Shown here: in pieces, positions 5,927-15,318 of the stretch
Layout: the number at the start of each line of letters is the position of its first letter
Position numbering within the stretch: position 1 is the first letter of the stretch
IMG/VR virus record: IMGVR_UViG_3300025167_000061
Location: 1-24,630 of that record
Reading direction: 5' to 3' (one strand)
Length of the DNA stretch: 24,630 nucleotides
DNA from: a virus
Lineage: Duplodnaviria > Caudoviricetes
The notes under the pieces: model-generated
Databases searched by the model: none
Told to the model about the DNA's origin: nothing
Seen by the model: the letters and a program-made list of their open reading frames with translations, nothing else
Translations under genes and position numbers: made by a program

Positions 5927-7196
5927 AAGCAAGGCCCGCTTTAGAGGTTACGTCGGAGGCTTTGGAAGTGGAAAAACGCTTTGCGGATGCATGGAGAGCA
6001 TTATTCTTAGTCTTGAGTATCCCCACAATTTGGGAGTGGTAGCTCGAAAGACTTATCCCGAGCTTCGTGATACCACCATGAGGACATTCTTCGATGTATG
6101 TCCCCCCGAGATTATCGCCTCATTCAACAAGGCCGAGCACCATCTCAAGTTCGTCAATGGTTCCGAGATTTTATTTCGTAGCCTCGACGATCCCGAAAAA
6201 ATCAAAATGGAGCTTGGATTCGCTTACATTGATGAAGCCTCCGAAGTGGACGAAGAATCCTTTCTCATGTTCACTGGTCGTATCCGAAAGCCTCACGTGG
6301 CTAGGCGTTGTGTATTTGTTACTACAAATCCTACTACCACCGAACATTGGATTTATCGGTACTTTGTTAAGCACGATGTTTTAGAGGACTTTAGTGACTA
6401 TGAACTCATTCAGGCCAGCACGTTGGAGAACGTCCATCTTCCTCAAGATTACATTGATAATCTTTTGGCTAATTATCCTCCTGCTTGGATTGATCGGTAC
6501 GTTAAAGGCAAATTTGGCTACGTTGGTACGGGTGACCGCATATATCCGGGCTTTTCTGAGGACCTTCATGTAAGGGATACAAAGTATATTAAAAATAAAC
6601 CCCTCATAAGGGGTTGGGATTTTGGCTTTCTTCATCCCGCCGTAATCTTTTGTCAGATTGATAATGATGAGCGATTATTGGTGCATGCCGAAATACAAGG
6701 CTCGCGAATATTGTTGGATCGTTTTGCCGATCAAGTTCAAGCCTTTGGGGCCACGCATTTTGGTAAAGATGCTCGTTTTGAGGATTATTGCGATCCTGCT
6801 GGCAATCAAACCAATGATAAGAGTGAAGAAACCTCTGTTCAAATTTTGAAGAGTAAAGGAATTAATTGCGATTTTAAGGGGAGTTCAATTAAAGATGGTC
6901 TTACAATCCTTAGATTCAAGATGGACCGAAATACTGGAGGCAAGCCTGATTTCCTCGTCCATCCTCGATGCAAAATCTTCATTGAAGGAGCCTTTGGGGG
7001 CTATAAATGTCGGGCAACCAAGGATGGAGCCGTAGTTAAGGACGAACCCGCTTCTGATGGATACTTCGAGCACGTGCAAGACGCCCTACGTTACGTAGCA
7101 ATAAGCAAATTCTCCGTGGATGGAATTATGGGCAACAAGCGGAGATGGAAAAAACAACCAAAATATGAGCCCCTCTATTCCGAGAGCGGGTACTGA
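5874..7196 (+). CDS. terL: Terminase large subunit
   Basis: Q motif (LPMQRKFH), Walker A GGFGSGKT, Walker B AYIDEASE, motif III TTNP, and nuclease motifs GWDFG, YCDPAG and HVQDALRY. Confidence 0.97.
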   Translation: MDLQLNYLPLPMQRKFHESKARFRGYVGGFGSGKTLCGCMESIILSLEYPHNLGVVARKTYPELRDTTMRTFFDVCPPEIIASFNKAEHHLKFVNGSEILFRSLDDPEKIKMELGFAYIDEASEVDEESFLMFTGRIRKPHVARRCVFVTTNPTTTEHWIYRYFVKHDVLEDFSDYELIQASTLENVHLPQDYIDNLLANYPPAWIDRYVKGKFGYVGTGDRIYPGFSEDLHVRDTKYIKNKPLIRGWDFGFLHPAVIFCQIDNDERLLVHAEIQGSRILLDRFADQVQAFGATHFGKDARFEDYCDPAGNQTNDKSEETSVQILKSKGINCDFKGSSIKDGLTILRFKMDRNTGGKPDFLVHPRCKIFIEGAFGGYKCRATKDGAVVKDEPASDGYFEHVQDALRYVAISKFSVDGIMGNKRRWKKQPKYEPLYSESGY

Positions 7197-7203
7197 GGAG
7201 AAC

Positions 7204-7704
7204 ATGGCAAAATTAGTTTTCGATCATTTTTTCACCAATGAGGATGAAACCGGTGCCGATACCGTGACGGGTGCACCCATCATGATTAAGCACATTCATG
7301 GGGCCTCTCGTTTGAGGGCCGTTATGCAAGCCGCAGGCACCTGGGCAGGCTCATCCCTGGCCGGTACCATTGAGGAAAGTGCCACCTTTGGGGGCGCTTA
7401 TACTACAATTGGGACGTTCGCGGCCATGACTGTAGACGGCAGCGAGCAAATCAATTTTACGATTACGCCCGTAGCCACACAGGCCCTGACTGAGGACACT
7501 ACTCAGGCTCCCGGCAAGGATGCTTATAATACCATGTTCATTAGGGGTAAATCGGTATTTACGGGTGCTCCTACCAATGTGGATGTTCGTATGGTATTGG
7601 AATGTGAAGTCACCAAGGACCCAATCATTATTACCACAAATGCTGTTGGGGCCGAGCTTACCAACACCGTAGATGTAATGTTGGCTCTTAAGCGTTCTAC
7701 ATAA
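7204..7704 (+). CDS. Putative virion structural protein (beta-sandwich, cement/decoration-like)
   Basis: Start moved to ATG 7204 because GAGGAG lies at 7195-7200. Thr/Ala/Gly-rich, with the jelly-roll-like pattern GTIEESATFGGAYTTIGTF...FIRGKSV. Confidence 0.65.
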   Translation: MAKLVFDHFFTNEDETGADTVTGAPIMIKHIHGASRLRAVMQAAGTWAGSSLAGTIEESATFGGAYTTIGTFAAMTVDGSEQINFTITPVATQALTEDTTQAPGKDAYNTMFIRGKSVFTGAPTNVDVRMVLECEVTKDPIIITTNAVGAELTNTVDVMLALKRST

Positions 7705-7716
7705 GCAAGGAGAATC

Positions 7717-9681
7717 ATGGCATCTCATGTGTTGGATAAGGTACAAACTTATCTCGTGAAGGAGTTTGACCGCATGGACCAGGACTATCGTGTCCGGGTC
7801 CAGCAATGGAACAAACTAAATCGTCAATTCCGAGGCAAGTTTGAGGAAATGCACACGAAAGGCCTCCGTGCCCGTGTGTTCATCAATGCCACCAAGCAAG
7901 CCGTCACAAGTTCTGTGGCCTCCGTTATGGAGGTCCTCTTTCCCTCCGATCAATTCTTTGATTGTGTTGGAAGAAGCTCCGAAGATGCCGAAGGCGCCAT
8001 AAAGGTCAAAGAAGTACTGCAATACTATTGCGATAAGGCCATGTTTTCCTCGCAATTTGAGACCTATGTATTGCAAGCCGCTATATTGGGTACCACGGTA
8101 GCCATGATTCCCTTAATTCAGGAAATGGTTAAGTGGATTTCCGTACAGCCCCGAATACCCATGATGCCCATGTTTGGAATGGTTCAGAAGCTGGAACAGA
8201 TGATGGTCAAGTATCCGGGCTTCGTTACACGTGATCTTTATGATTTGTGGGTTGATCCTTTTGCATTAGACATCAAAGATGCCTCTGGACTTTTTCTTCG
8301 TAGTTTCGTGCGTAAGGCTTCTTTAAGGCCTCCCATATATTTTGGCTACGAAAACTTGAGGGGCAGTACCACATTAAGTTCCATTGATGATGAACGTAAA
8401 TTGATAATGAATGTCTCGCCCCAACGGAGGGATGATGACATTGAAATTCATGAGTATCATGGCCTTATTCCACGTGAACTTTTAATGGAAGATGCCCCCG
8501 AGGGCGAACTTGAGGGTCAAGCCTACCCTGGAATGGAGGGCCAAGAGCCTTTCGTGGAAGTAATTGCGGCATTGGCCAACCGAAGAACTCTTTGCCGTTT
8601 GGAACTCAATCCCCTCATGACCCAGGCCCGTCCCATCGTGAAATCAGTTTGGGAAGATATTCCTTTCGAGTTTTATGGCCGAGGCATTCCCGAGAATGCC
8701 CGAGGCCCCCAGATTGCTCTTAATACCACGGTGTGTATGGGGTTGGATGAAAAGGCCCTTTCCATTCGTAAAGTTGTTGGAATAGATAGCAATAAAGTTG
8801 AAGAGGGCGTGGATTTTGTATCGAATCCTGGCGAGATTTGGTACACTAATGGTCCTCCTAAAGACATTCTCTATCCCATAGATACCAGCACTTCTAGTAT
8901 TAATATGATAAACGAGGCCTCTTTTTTTAGTTCACAAATTCAGGAAGCCACTGGCTCAACCAAGTATTCACAAGGCACAGACTCGCCTTCGCTCAACCGT
9001 ACTGCAACGGGAATCTCGCTGATTGTGGGGGCATCCTCACGGCAGCTAAAGAGCATTGTCGCGGGATTTGAGCGAAGCGGTATTGGACCAGCACTTAAAT
9101 TATTTAAGGACATTATTATACAATACGTGCCTCCTGGTCTCATAATGCGTATTGCCGGTGAAGGCGGAAATCCACAGGATTATCAATTTAAGCCCGAAGA
9201 CATTGCCGGAGATTTTGACTTTATACCTTTGGGGAGTCTGAGTATTGCTGCTCAGGAAGTTCACATTCAGCAATTGACTAGCTTCTTACAGGGCACGGCC
9301 AATCCTGTAGACTCTCCATTCATTAATCGGCTTTATTTACTCAAGAAAATATATCAGGCATTTGGATTTAGGGATTTGGAAAATGCTTTCCAAACTCCGC
9401 CACAAATGCCCCCGGGTTTATTGCCCAATATGGGATTACCTGAACCCGGTCAACCACAGTCAACTGCACAGGGCGCTCCGGCTGGGCCTGTGGAACAATT
9501 ACCTCCTGGCGCTCCATTACCAGAAGGTGCCACTCCATTGGGTCCTGGTGGAAAACCTGGGAGTCCTGTTGCCGCAGGGGGCACACCAAATGCGCCGCCT
9601 GGTCCAGGCAACGACTTAGTGGCTCAGATGCAGGAGATTATGCGGAGGACACATGGAACAAGCCAAGGTAAAGGCCCCTAA
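7717..9681 (+). CDS. Portal (head-tail connector) protein, P22-like podoviral type
   Basis: AAGGAG RBS; 654 aa; follows TerL. Motifs include DLWVDPFA, IEIHEYHG, NPL..ARP, FYGRGIPE, IQEATG and RTATGISL. Pro/Gly-rich disordered tail. Confidence 0.93.
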   Translation: MASHVLDKVQTYLVKEFDRMDQDYRVRVQQWNKLNRQFRGKFEEMHTKGLRARVFINATKQAVTSSVASVMEVLFPSDQFFDCVGRSSEDAEGAIKVKEVLQYYCDKAMFSSQFETYVLQAAILGTTVAMIPLIQEMVKWISVQPRIPMMPMFGMVQKLEQMMVKYPGFVTRDLYDLWVDPFALDIKDASGLFLRSFVRKASLRPPIYFGYENLRGSTTLSSIDDERKLIMNVSPQRRDDDIEIHEYHGLIPRELLMEDAPEGELEGQAYPGMEGQEPFVEVIAALANRRTLCRLELNPLMTQARPIVKSVWEDIPFEFYGRGIPENARGPQIALNTTVCMGLDEKALSIRKVVGIDSNKVEEGVDFVSNPGEIWYTNGPPKDILYPIDTSTSSINMINEASFFSSQIQEATGSTKYSQGTDSPSLNRTATGISLIVGASSRQLKSIVAGFERSGIGPALKLFKDIIIQYVPPGLIMRIAGEGGNPQDYQFKPEDIAGDFDFIPLGSLSIAAQEVHIQQLTSFLQGTANPVDSPFINRLYLLKKIYQAFGFRDLENAFQTPPQMPPGLLPNMGLPEPGQPQSTAQGAPAGPVEQLPPGAPLPEGATPLGPGGKPGSPVAAGGTPNAPPGPGNDLVAQMQEIMRRTHGTSQGKGP

Positions 9682-10012
9682 AGAGGCCACAATTAATCCG
9701 AATGAGCCAATTGCAACCGTGGGAGGCACGCCCGATAGTGTTCTCTCTGGCAAGGCCAGTACCTTTCGGGGATTGGCCTCCAGTAGTGGATGGAAAGCCC
9801 TCACTGGCGATATGCAAAGTCAAATCAATGAAATGGTAAACAAATTAATCTCACAAGAATCAACGGACCCGAAGATTGCTTCACTACAAGAGAGTATAAA
9901 GACTCTCAACTTCGTGGTCAATTACCCACGGGCTATAATCGAACGATCTCGCATTGAGGGCGTTCGGAAAGCCCAAGAAGTAGAGTTTGAGGAATTTCAA
10001 AAGTCTGAATAA
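9653..10012 (+). CDS. Small helical head-assembly-region protein
   Basis: GGAGG RBS. Helical hairpin SSGWKAL...LQESIKTLNFVVNYP. Sits in the portal-scaffold position typical of this architecture. Confidence 0.8.
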   Translation: MEQAKVKAPKEATINPNEPIATVGGTPDSVLSGKASTFRGLASSSGWKALTGDMQSQINEMVNKLISQESTDPKIASLQESIKTLNFVVNYPRAIIERSRIEGVRKAQEVEFEEFQKSE

Positions 10013-10029
10013 CTCTACGAAAGGACACA

Positions 10030-10707
10030 ATGTCAACGAATCTTCCGGCGGTCAGTACGGGTGGGGCAACCCCTGATCCCTTAGTTACGCCCAATGCAAC
10101 GCCTCCCCCCGATCCATTAGTTTCGGGACCAGGCGGTGCTGCTACTGAACAAGCCTACAAGGAGCTTCAAAAAAACTATACCGAAAAGACTCAGAAGTTA
10201 GCGCTCCTAGAGCGAACTTTAGAGTATGTCACGCCACTCTTGCAACAAAGGACTGCGGCTCCGACGGGAACGCCACAGCCTAATAGAGAAGTGGATGAGG
10301 CCAAGTCCTTCGTGAAGGGCATAGTTGAGGAAGCAATTGCTCCAATTAGGCAAACGGCTGGCTTTACTGCTTTATCTGAAATGCACCCAGAAATTAGGGA
10401 CCCTCAGTTTAAGTCCGAGCTTGAGGCATTCGTAAAATCCTTGCCGCCAGATGTGCGTTCATTAGAAACGACTGTTGAGGGCGCCAATTATTTAATTGGC
10501 AACTTCAAGGCCATCAAGGGTACAAATGCCACGCCTCAGTCACGAGACCTCGTGATGGAAAGGGGTGGAGCTCGGGGTGCTCCGAGTACTGGTCCCATAT
10601 TTTCGGAGAGTGCCATCAATAATCTTAGGCGTTACAATCCCGAAGAATATCGGAGACGCAATGCCGAGATATTGAAGGCCTATACCGAAGGGCGTGTTCA
10701 AAGTTAA
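10030..10707 (+). CDS. Capsid scaffolding protein
   Basis: Disordered N-terminus, coiled coil YKELQKNYTEKTQKLA, and C-terminal NPEEYRRRNAEILKAYTEGRV. Lies directly before the capsid gene. Confidence 0.85.
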   Translation: MSTNLPAVSTGGATPDPLVTPNATPPPDPLVSGPGGAATEQAYKELQKNYTEKTQKLALLERTLEYVTPLLQQRTAAPTGTPQPNREVDEAKSFVKGIVEEAIAPIRQTAGFTALSEMHPEIRDPQFKSELEAFVKSLPPDVRSLETTVEGANYLIGNFKAIKGTNATPQSRDLVMERGGARGAPSTGPIFSESAINNLRRYNPEEYRRRNAEILKAYTEGRVQS

Positions 10708-10715
10708 ACAGTAAG

Positions 10716-10791
10716 CCTATCATTGTTAACCCGGGTAAGGATTGGTCAAGTCCCTTTGGGGAATACTTGACTAACTAATTCCCTTAATAGG
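10716..10791 (+). promoter_or_regulatory. Structured leader of the major capsid gene
   Basis: Nested stems are TTGGTCAAGT/ACTTGACTAA (10742-10751/10765-10774), TAAGG/CCTTA (10736-10740/10782-10786) and CCTAT/ATAGG (10716-10720/10787-10791). The last overlaps the AGGA RBS. Confidence 0.55.
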
Positions 10792-10799
10792 AAAAACTC

Positions 10800-11708
10800 G
10801 TGGCAAATACCAAGTTCGCTCCAGATGAAGCTATGACAGTTACAACTGGAGACAAGTTTGTTGGAGAGATTTGGCTGCAGGAGACTCGTGAGTATCTCAA
10901 AATGAATCTTGTTGCGGCACCTCTCTGCAAAAACATCGAGTTTGAGGGCAAGAAAGGTGATGTCGTGCACATTCCCGACGTTACGGCCCTCACGGTTAAC
11001 AACAAAGTAGCCACCGATGCCGTTGTTATCAGTTCTCCCACTGAGACTGAATTTACCCTAACCGTCAATAAGCACAAGCACGTGGCTTGGCTATTGGAGG
11101 ACATTCTGGAAGTTCAGTCCATGTATGACCTGCGCAATGAGTACACCAAAGGCGCGGGCTACGAATTGGCCAAAGCCATTGATACCGACCTCCTGGCCGG
11201 TTTCTATGGTGATTTTGGTCAAAGCATTACTGGGGGAGCTCTAGTAACGGACGCCAATCTCCAAAAGGCCATTGAGCTCATGGACCTTGGTGATGTTCCC
11301 GGTACGGACCGAAGCTTTATTTTCCGTCCGACCCAAAAGAGTACCTTCTTCAACCTCGATAAATTCTATCGTGCCGATTTCCGTGGTGGAGGGGGTTCAA
11401 TCCTCTCTAGCGGGACCGGTCCGGGTGGAGACCTTCGAGGCGGAATGGGGCCAAGTGACAATAAGGATTCCAAGTTTGGCGAGATTTATGGTTGTGGCGT
11501 ATATTTCTCACGAAATGTACCTCTAAGCACGACCTACAAGAATATTGCCATTCAGAAGGATGCCTATGCTTTGGCAATCCAGAAATCACCTCGATTTCAG
11601 GCCCAGTACAAAGAAGAGTACCTTGGGTGGCTTTTCGTTGTTGATGTCATTTACGGATATGCGGAATTTCGTGATGGTTGCGGAATCGTAATCACTACGA
11701 CTGCATAA
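10800..11708 (+). CDS. Major capsid protein (HK97 fold, P22-coat/T7-like)
   Basis: GTG start. Motifs FVGEIW, KKGDVVHIP, LTVNKHKH, YDLRNEY...AGYELAKAIDTDL, DVPGTDR, FGEIYGCGVYFS and DVIYGY. Confidence 0.93.
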   Translation: MANTKFAPDEAMTVTTGDKFVGEIWLQETREYLKMNLVAAPLCKNIEFEGKKGDVVHIPDVTALTVNNKVATDAVVISSPTETEFTLTVNKHKHVAWLLEDILEVQSMYDLRNEYTKGAGYELAKAIDTDLLAGFYGDFGQSITGGALVTDANLQKAIELMDLGDVPGTDRSFIFRPTQKSTFFNLDKFYRADFRGGGGSILSSGTGPGGDLRGGMGPSDNKDSKFGEIYGCGVYFSRNVPLSTTYKNIAIQKDAYALAIQKSPRFQAQYKEEYLGWLFVVDVIYGYAEFRDGCGIVITTTA

Positions 11709-11713
11709 ACAGG

Positions 11714-11735
11714 GGGAGGTCCGAAAGGGCCTCCT
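11714..11735 (+). terminator. GNRA-loop hairpin after the capsid gene (no U tract)
   Basis: GGAGGTCC-GAAA-GGGCCTCC is followed by TAGCAC rather than a T run. It may be a weak terminator or an mRNA-stabilising hairpin. Confidence 0.5.
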
Positions 11736-11755
11736 AGCACTCATAATGAGGACCA

Positions 11756-13045
11756 ATGAACCTCACAAAATTTGATACTCTTTACGAGGCCTCGGACACC
11801 CAACTGGATAATCATATTCCTACAGTGGGCGTGGCCTGGAGTTTTCAGGATGCACCCGCCAAGCTCAAGATCAGTGCCGGGGACTTTTGGATTGAAAACA
11901 CCGATACGGTAGCCACAGATACTCCTTCTTTTGCTTATTTAGATGTGGCTCACCATGCCGATCAAATAATTACCATAACGGGCCGCACGATTGGCACAGA
12001 GGCCGAAGACCGCTTTGGGGCTCTGGCCCGGGCCTACAATACAGGCACGACTTCTTCACCATCCGGTTATTATGCCTACATAAAAGGTACCGGAGATTTG
12101 GTTTTGGTTTCATTGGCCACCGGAACCGAAACATCACTTGGATCATATACCATTCCCGCTTTTAGTGCCACCACAACATACAAAATTAAATTGGATTGTG
12201 ATGGTACTACCATTGCCGTAGATTTGGATGGTACCGAAAGAATTTCAGTCACCAATTCGGTTTATGCCAATCCCGGCAGCATGGGTGTGGCCTGTGAGAC
12301 AGGCACCGTTAATGTGCCTAAGGGCCGCATTTATTATGTTGAATGTGAAGAAGATACGGCCTTTGGAGATTTGACTTATTTGCGTGCCCGGTTGCAGGAA
12401 TTACTTCGCAACGACCAAATCGATGACAAAATTACGGCATGGCTTAATCTATCGCAACGTGATCTTTGTCATTACATTAACTTTCCCTCACTAAAAGTAA
12501 CATTGGCTACAATTAGTACCTTAACGACAAGTGCATCTTATACCTTCACGCCCACGAGTAATACCACATTGGATCGCATTAATAGTATTGCCTATCAAGA
12601 CAGTGCCAATTACTATCGAAGTCAACTCAAACTCATAGAATTTGATCCCGATTTTTTGACTCATTATAGACCCCATCTGGTAAATACCGCAAATCTCGGA
12701 ATTCCCAGGGTGGCCTCGTTCGATGAGAGTGGTCCGACCATTTGGCTGGATGTATACCCCTGGGCTGCCTCAAAAGATATCATAGTGACCTATCAAAAGG
12801 TACCTGTAGACTTAACTAATGGCAGCGATGTTCCGGCCATACCCCCACGATATTATCAGAGCCTCATTCATATGGCTTATGCCTACGGTAAGGCCTATGA
12901 AACGGACGATACTGATTGGGTCTCGGTGGGACAGAGATTTGCAATGACAGAAATTGCCAAGGTTAAAAGTCATTTGCGTCAGAATTTAAGCAAACGTAAG
13001 AGTCTCAAAGCCCCCATGTTTGCTTGGAATGATGAGAGTCTCTAA
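11756..13045 (+). CDS. Head-to-tail adaptor with an N-terminal concanavalin A/lectin-like domain
   Basis: The C-terminal half (LTYLRARLQELL...ITAWLNLSQRDL...GIPR...IWLDVYP...IIVTYQKVPVDL...SDVPAIPPRYYQSLIHMA) is adaptor-like. The first ~200 aa (GYYAYI...YKIKLDCDGTTIAVDLDGTERISVTNS...GSMGV) are ConA-like. Confidence 0.75.
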   Translation: MNLTKFDTLYEASDTQLDNHIPTVGVAWSFQDAPAKLKISAGDFWIENTDTVATDTPSFAYLDVAHHADQIITITGRTIGTEAEDRFGALARAYNTGTTSSPSGYYAYIKGTGDLVLVSLATGTETSLGSYTIPAFSATTTYKIKLDCDGTTIAVDLDGTERISVTNSVYANPGSMGVACETGTVNVPKGRIYYVECEEDTAFGDLTYLRARLQELLRNDQIDDKITAWLNLSQRDLCHYINFPSLKVTLATISTLTTSASYTFTPTSNTTLDRINSIAYQDSANYYRSQLKLIEFDPDFLTHYRPHLVNTANLGIPRVASFDESGPTIWLDVYPWAASKDIIVTYQKVPVDLTNGSDVPAIPPRYYQSLIHMAYAYGKAYETDDTDWVSVGQRFAMTEIAKVKSHLRQNLSKRKSLKAPMFAWNDESL

Positions 13046-14628
13046 TGGACAGAGAACGCAAGGAACAAAGAACTTTTAAAACCACGGATACTGACACTCA
13101 TGTAACCAGTTTTCCGGATGATCGTTTATATGCAACCCAAAATATGTATGAAAAATCTACCGAGAAGGGTGTTTTGCAGCCTATCCCGGGCGTTACTGCT
13201 GCAGCCGCAAATTTAGCTACATCAACTCATATTCGTGCTCTAGGTATTTATGTGCCAGCAACTGCTCCGCCCCTAGTGGAATATACTGTTATTATTTGCA
13301 ATATGTCGTCGGGCGTAGATAAATGTCGTGTATTTACAACTTCCTCCAAAGGTGCTACAAATACAGTATATGAGATGGATAGTGGGGCTTTTACGGCTAC
13401 GGGAAGCGACTATGAAATTGTTAGTTATAGTATTAGCACTACTTATGCCTCTGCTTTTATTGCCAACGGAGTTGATCCCATAAAAGTTTTGGAAGGAGGC
13501 GATCCCTTTGTGCTGGCCAATGCGGCGGGCAGTAATGCTCCGCCTCGAGGTAAACATATCATAGTTTATAATAATCGTCTTTTTGTGGCTAATTATCCGG
13601 CAGATGCAACCTACACAACGGCAGATGGTAATAAGGCTTGGTATAGCAACATTCTTACAACCAATTTTGCTTCTACAAATTATATTCAAGTTGGTGATAG
13701 TGGAGACGGGGATGAAATTACTGGCTTTGGTGTATTGGCTTCCGGCGCAGGCGAGACCGTATCCACAAGTTTACTTATTTTTAAGAAATATTCCATATGG
13801 ATTTTAAATGGTGATCCCATTGGTTCCGATACAATCTTGGATAGATTACAGGCTCCGACTGGAACAGATATGGCCAAAACCATTAAGAGTACTGAGGTTG
13901 GCGTAATTTATACTGGCACGGATGGTCACGTATATTTGGTTAGTCCCGAAGGTCGTGTTACCGACATTAGTATTGGAGTATCCAGTATTACTACTACCAT
14001 AGATCATACCTATGGTAATGCCGTTGTGCATGATGGATTCTATAAATTATTTTTGGGTCAAACCGGGGGAGAAATGTGGTTCAATTTTAGTAATCCCCAA
14101 AACTATATTTGGACGGGCTCCCATGCTCGTGGGGGCTTTGAATCTTCTTTGAGGGGCCGAGATGGTACCCTTTTTTTGGCAGGCACTTCCCGAGCGTGGT
14201 ACGAAGATTCTACCAGTTTTGTAGATCGTAGTGGTAATACTCTCCTTCGTGTAATTGGGGGAGCCTTCACAGAACCCTGGGGCGTTGAGAAGGTTCCAGA
14301 TTTACTTGGCATCAAACTTCGGACTAATGCCACCACATTAACGACCACTCTAAAAAGTGGAGATAGTGCTGATGGACCCTATACCGGAACCGGCGGATAT
14401 TCCAGTACCGTGATTGGAACCGTGCCTTTTTCACAACGAAAGATTTTTACCTTTGAGCAAGCCAATGTTCCAGAATTTGTGTATTGGGACTTGGCCTCAC
14501 ACCGAGGAAAGGAAATAGTATGGCAACTCTCAATGTTACCAACAGCCATAGTGAAGTTTTACGGAGTGGAGATAGAATACCTGATACCCAAGCAAGCCAA
14601 GGAGACAGTCCGAAACGTACCTACGTAA
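13045..14628 (+). CDS. Tail nozzle/stabilisation protein (P22 gp10 / T7 gp12-like beta-propeller)
   Basis: Beta-propeller-type motifs FIANGVDP, HIIVYNNRLFVA, DGDEITGF and LLIFKKYSIWILNG. Follows the adaptor. Confidence 0.85.
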   Translation: MDRERKEQRTFKTTDTDTHVTSFPDDRLYATQNMYEKSTEKGVLQPIPGVTAAAANLATSTHIRALGIYVPATAPPLVEYTVIICNMSSGVDKCRVFTTSSKGATNTVYEMDSGAFTATGSDYEIVSYSISTTYASAFIANGVDPIKVLEGGDPFVLANAAGSNAPPRGKHIIVYNNRLFVANYPADATYTTADGNKAWYSNILTTNFASTNYIQVGDSGDGDEITGFGVLASGAGETVSTSLLIFKKYSIWILNGDPIGSDTILDRLQAPTGTDMAKTIKSTEVGVIYTGTDGHVYLVSPEGRVTDISIGVSSITTTIDHTYGNAVVHDGFYKLFLGQTGGEMWFNFSNPQNYIWTGSHARGGFESSLRGRDGTLFLAGTSRAWYEDSTSFVDRSGNTLLRVIGGAFTEPWGVEKVPDLLGIKLRTNATTLTTTLKSGDSADGPYTGTGGYSSTVIGTVPFSQRKIFTFEQANVPEFVYWDLASHRGKEIVWQLSMLPTAIVKFYGVEIEYLIPKQAKETVRNVPT

Positions 14629-15020
14629 TGCATGCTCAACCCTATGATCTCACTGACGTGGCCGAAATGTGGGGGAGTCTTGGACAAGAAGAGGGCCACA
14701 AAATTACGACTTCTGATAAAGTTGAGTTCATGGTTTACCATGTTTCAAATGTGGACCACGAGAATTTATATATCTATCACGATGATGAAGGTACCAAAGG
14801 CTTCATATTTTTTAGCCTCGTGGAAATACCTTATGGCAAACCCAAAGAATTTGTAGTAGTCCAGCATCTTTTTGTTAAAAAGAAATTTAGACAAAATGGG
14901 GTCGCAAAAGCCCTACTTAATCTAATTCCCAATAATGTGCCAATTCAAGTTGCCACACCCAACGTGGCTTTTTGGAAATCAATGGGCTTCAATAAAACTT
15001 TAACTGTAATGGAGAAATAA
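14628..15020 (+). CDS. GNAT-family acetyltransferase-like protein
   Basis: Motif A HLFVKKKFRQNGVAKALL and motif B AFWKSMGF. Start moved to the TAATG overlap at 14628. It occupies the nozzle-to-ejection slot held by T7 gp13 and P22 gp14. Confidence 0.85.
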   Translation: MHAQPYDLTDVAEMWGSLGQEEGHKITTSDKVEFMVYHVSNVDHENLYIYHDDEGTKGFIFFSLVEIPYGKPKEFVVVQHLFVKKKFRQNGVAKALLNLIPNNVPIQVATPNVAFWKSMGFNKTLTVMEK

Positions 15021-15021
15021 A

Positions 15022-15318
15022 ATGGGTCCAGCAATGTTGGCTGCATTGCCCTCAATAATAGGGGCCGGTGGAGGAATTGCATCCTCATTTATTAATCGTC
15101 CTGGTAAGCCAGAGGGGCAGCAAAGATTTGGTTCAATCTTTGGAAGTCCTCAGTTGCAGGAACTTCTTTATAATTTGCTGATGGCCAAGATGGCACGAGG
15201 TTCTATGTTTCAGCCCTCTATGCTTAATCCTCGAATGCGAACCATGCTTGGAGCCAAGGGCTTTACTTCACAACAAATGGGGGCTCCCTATAAGGGCCTC
15301 ATTACGGGAGGTCGATAA
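15022..15318 (+). CDS. Putative internal virion/ejection protein (small, hydrophobic Gly/Ala N-terminus)
   Basis: GGAG RBS; pilot-protein-like N-terminus MGPAMLAALPSIIGAGGGIASSF; first gene after the GNAT. Confidence 0.65.
   Translation: MGPAMLAALPSIIGAGGGIASSFINRPGKPEGQQRFGSIFGSPQLQELLYNLLMAKMARGSMFQPSMLNPRMRTMLGAKGFTSQQMGAPYKGLITGGR

Noticed and set aside
11700-11760. Programmed frameshift or readthrough extending the capsid protein
   Set aside because: There is no slippery heptamer at the capsid 3' end. Readthrough stops at TGA 11757, and the adaptor frame has TGA at 11747.
14628-15020. GNAT as an accessory or defence gene
   Set aside because: A GNAT-like gene in the slot between nozzle and ejection genes is a common podovirus feature.
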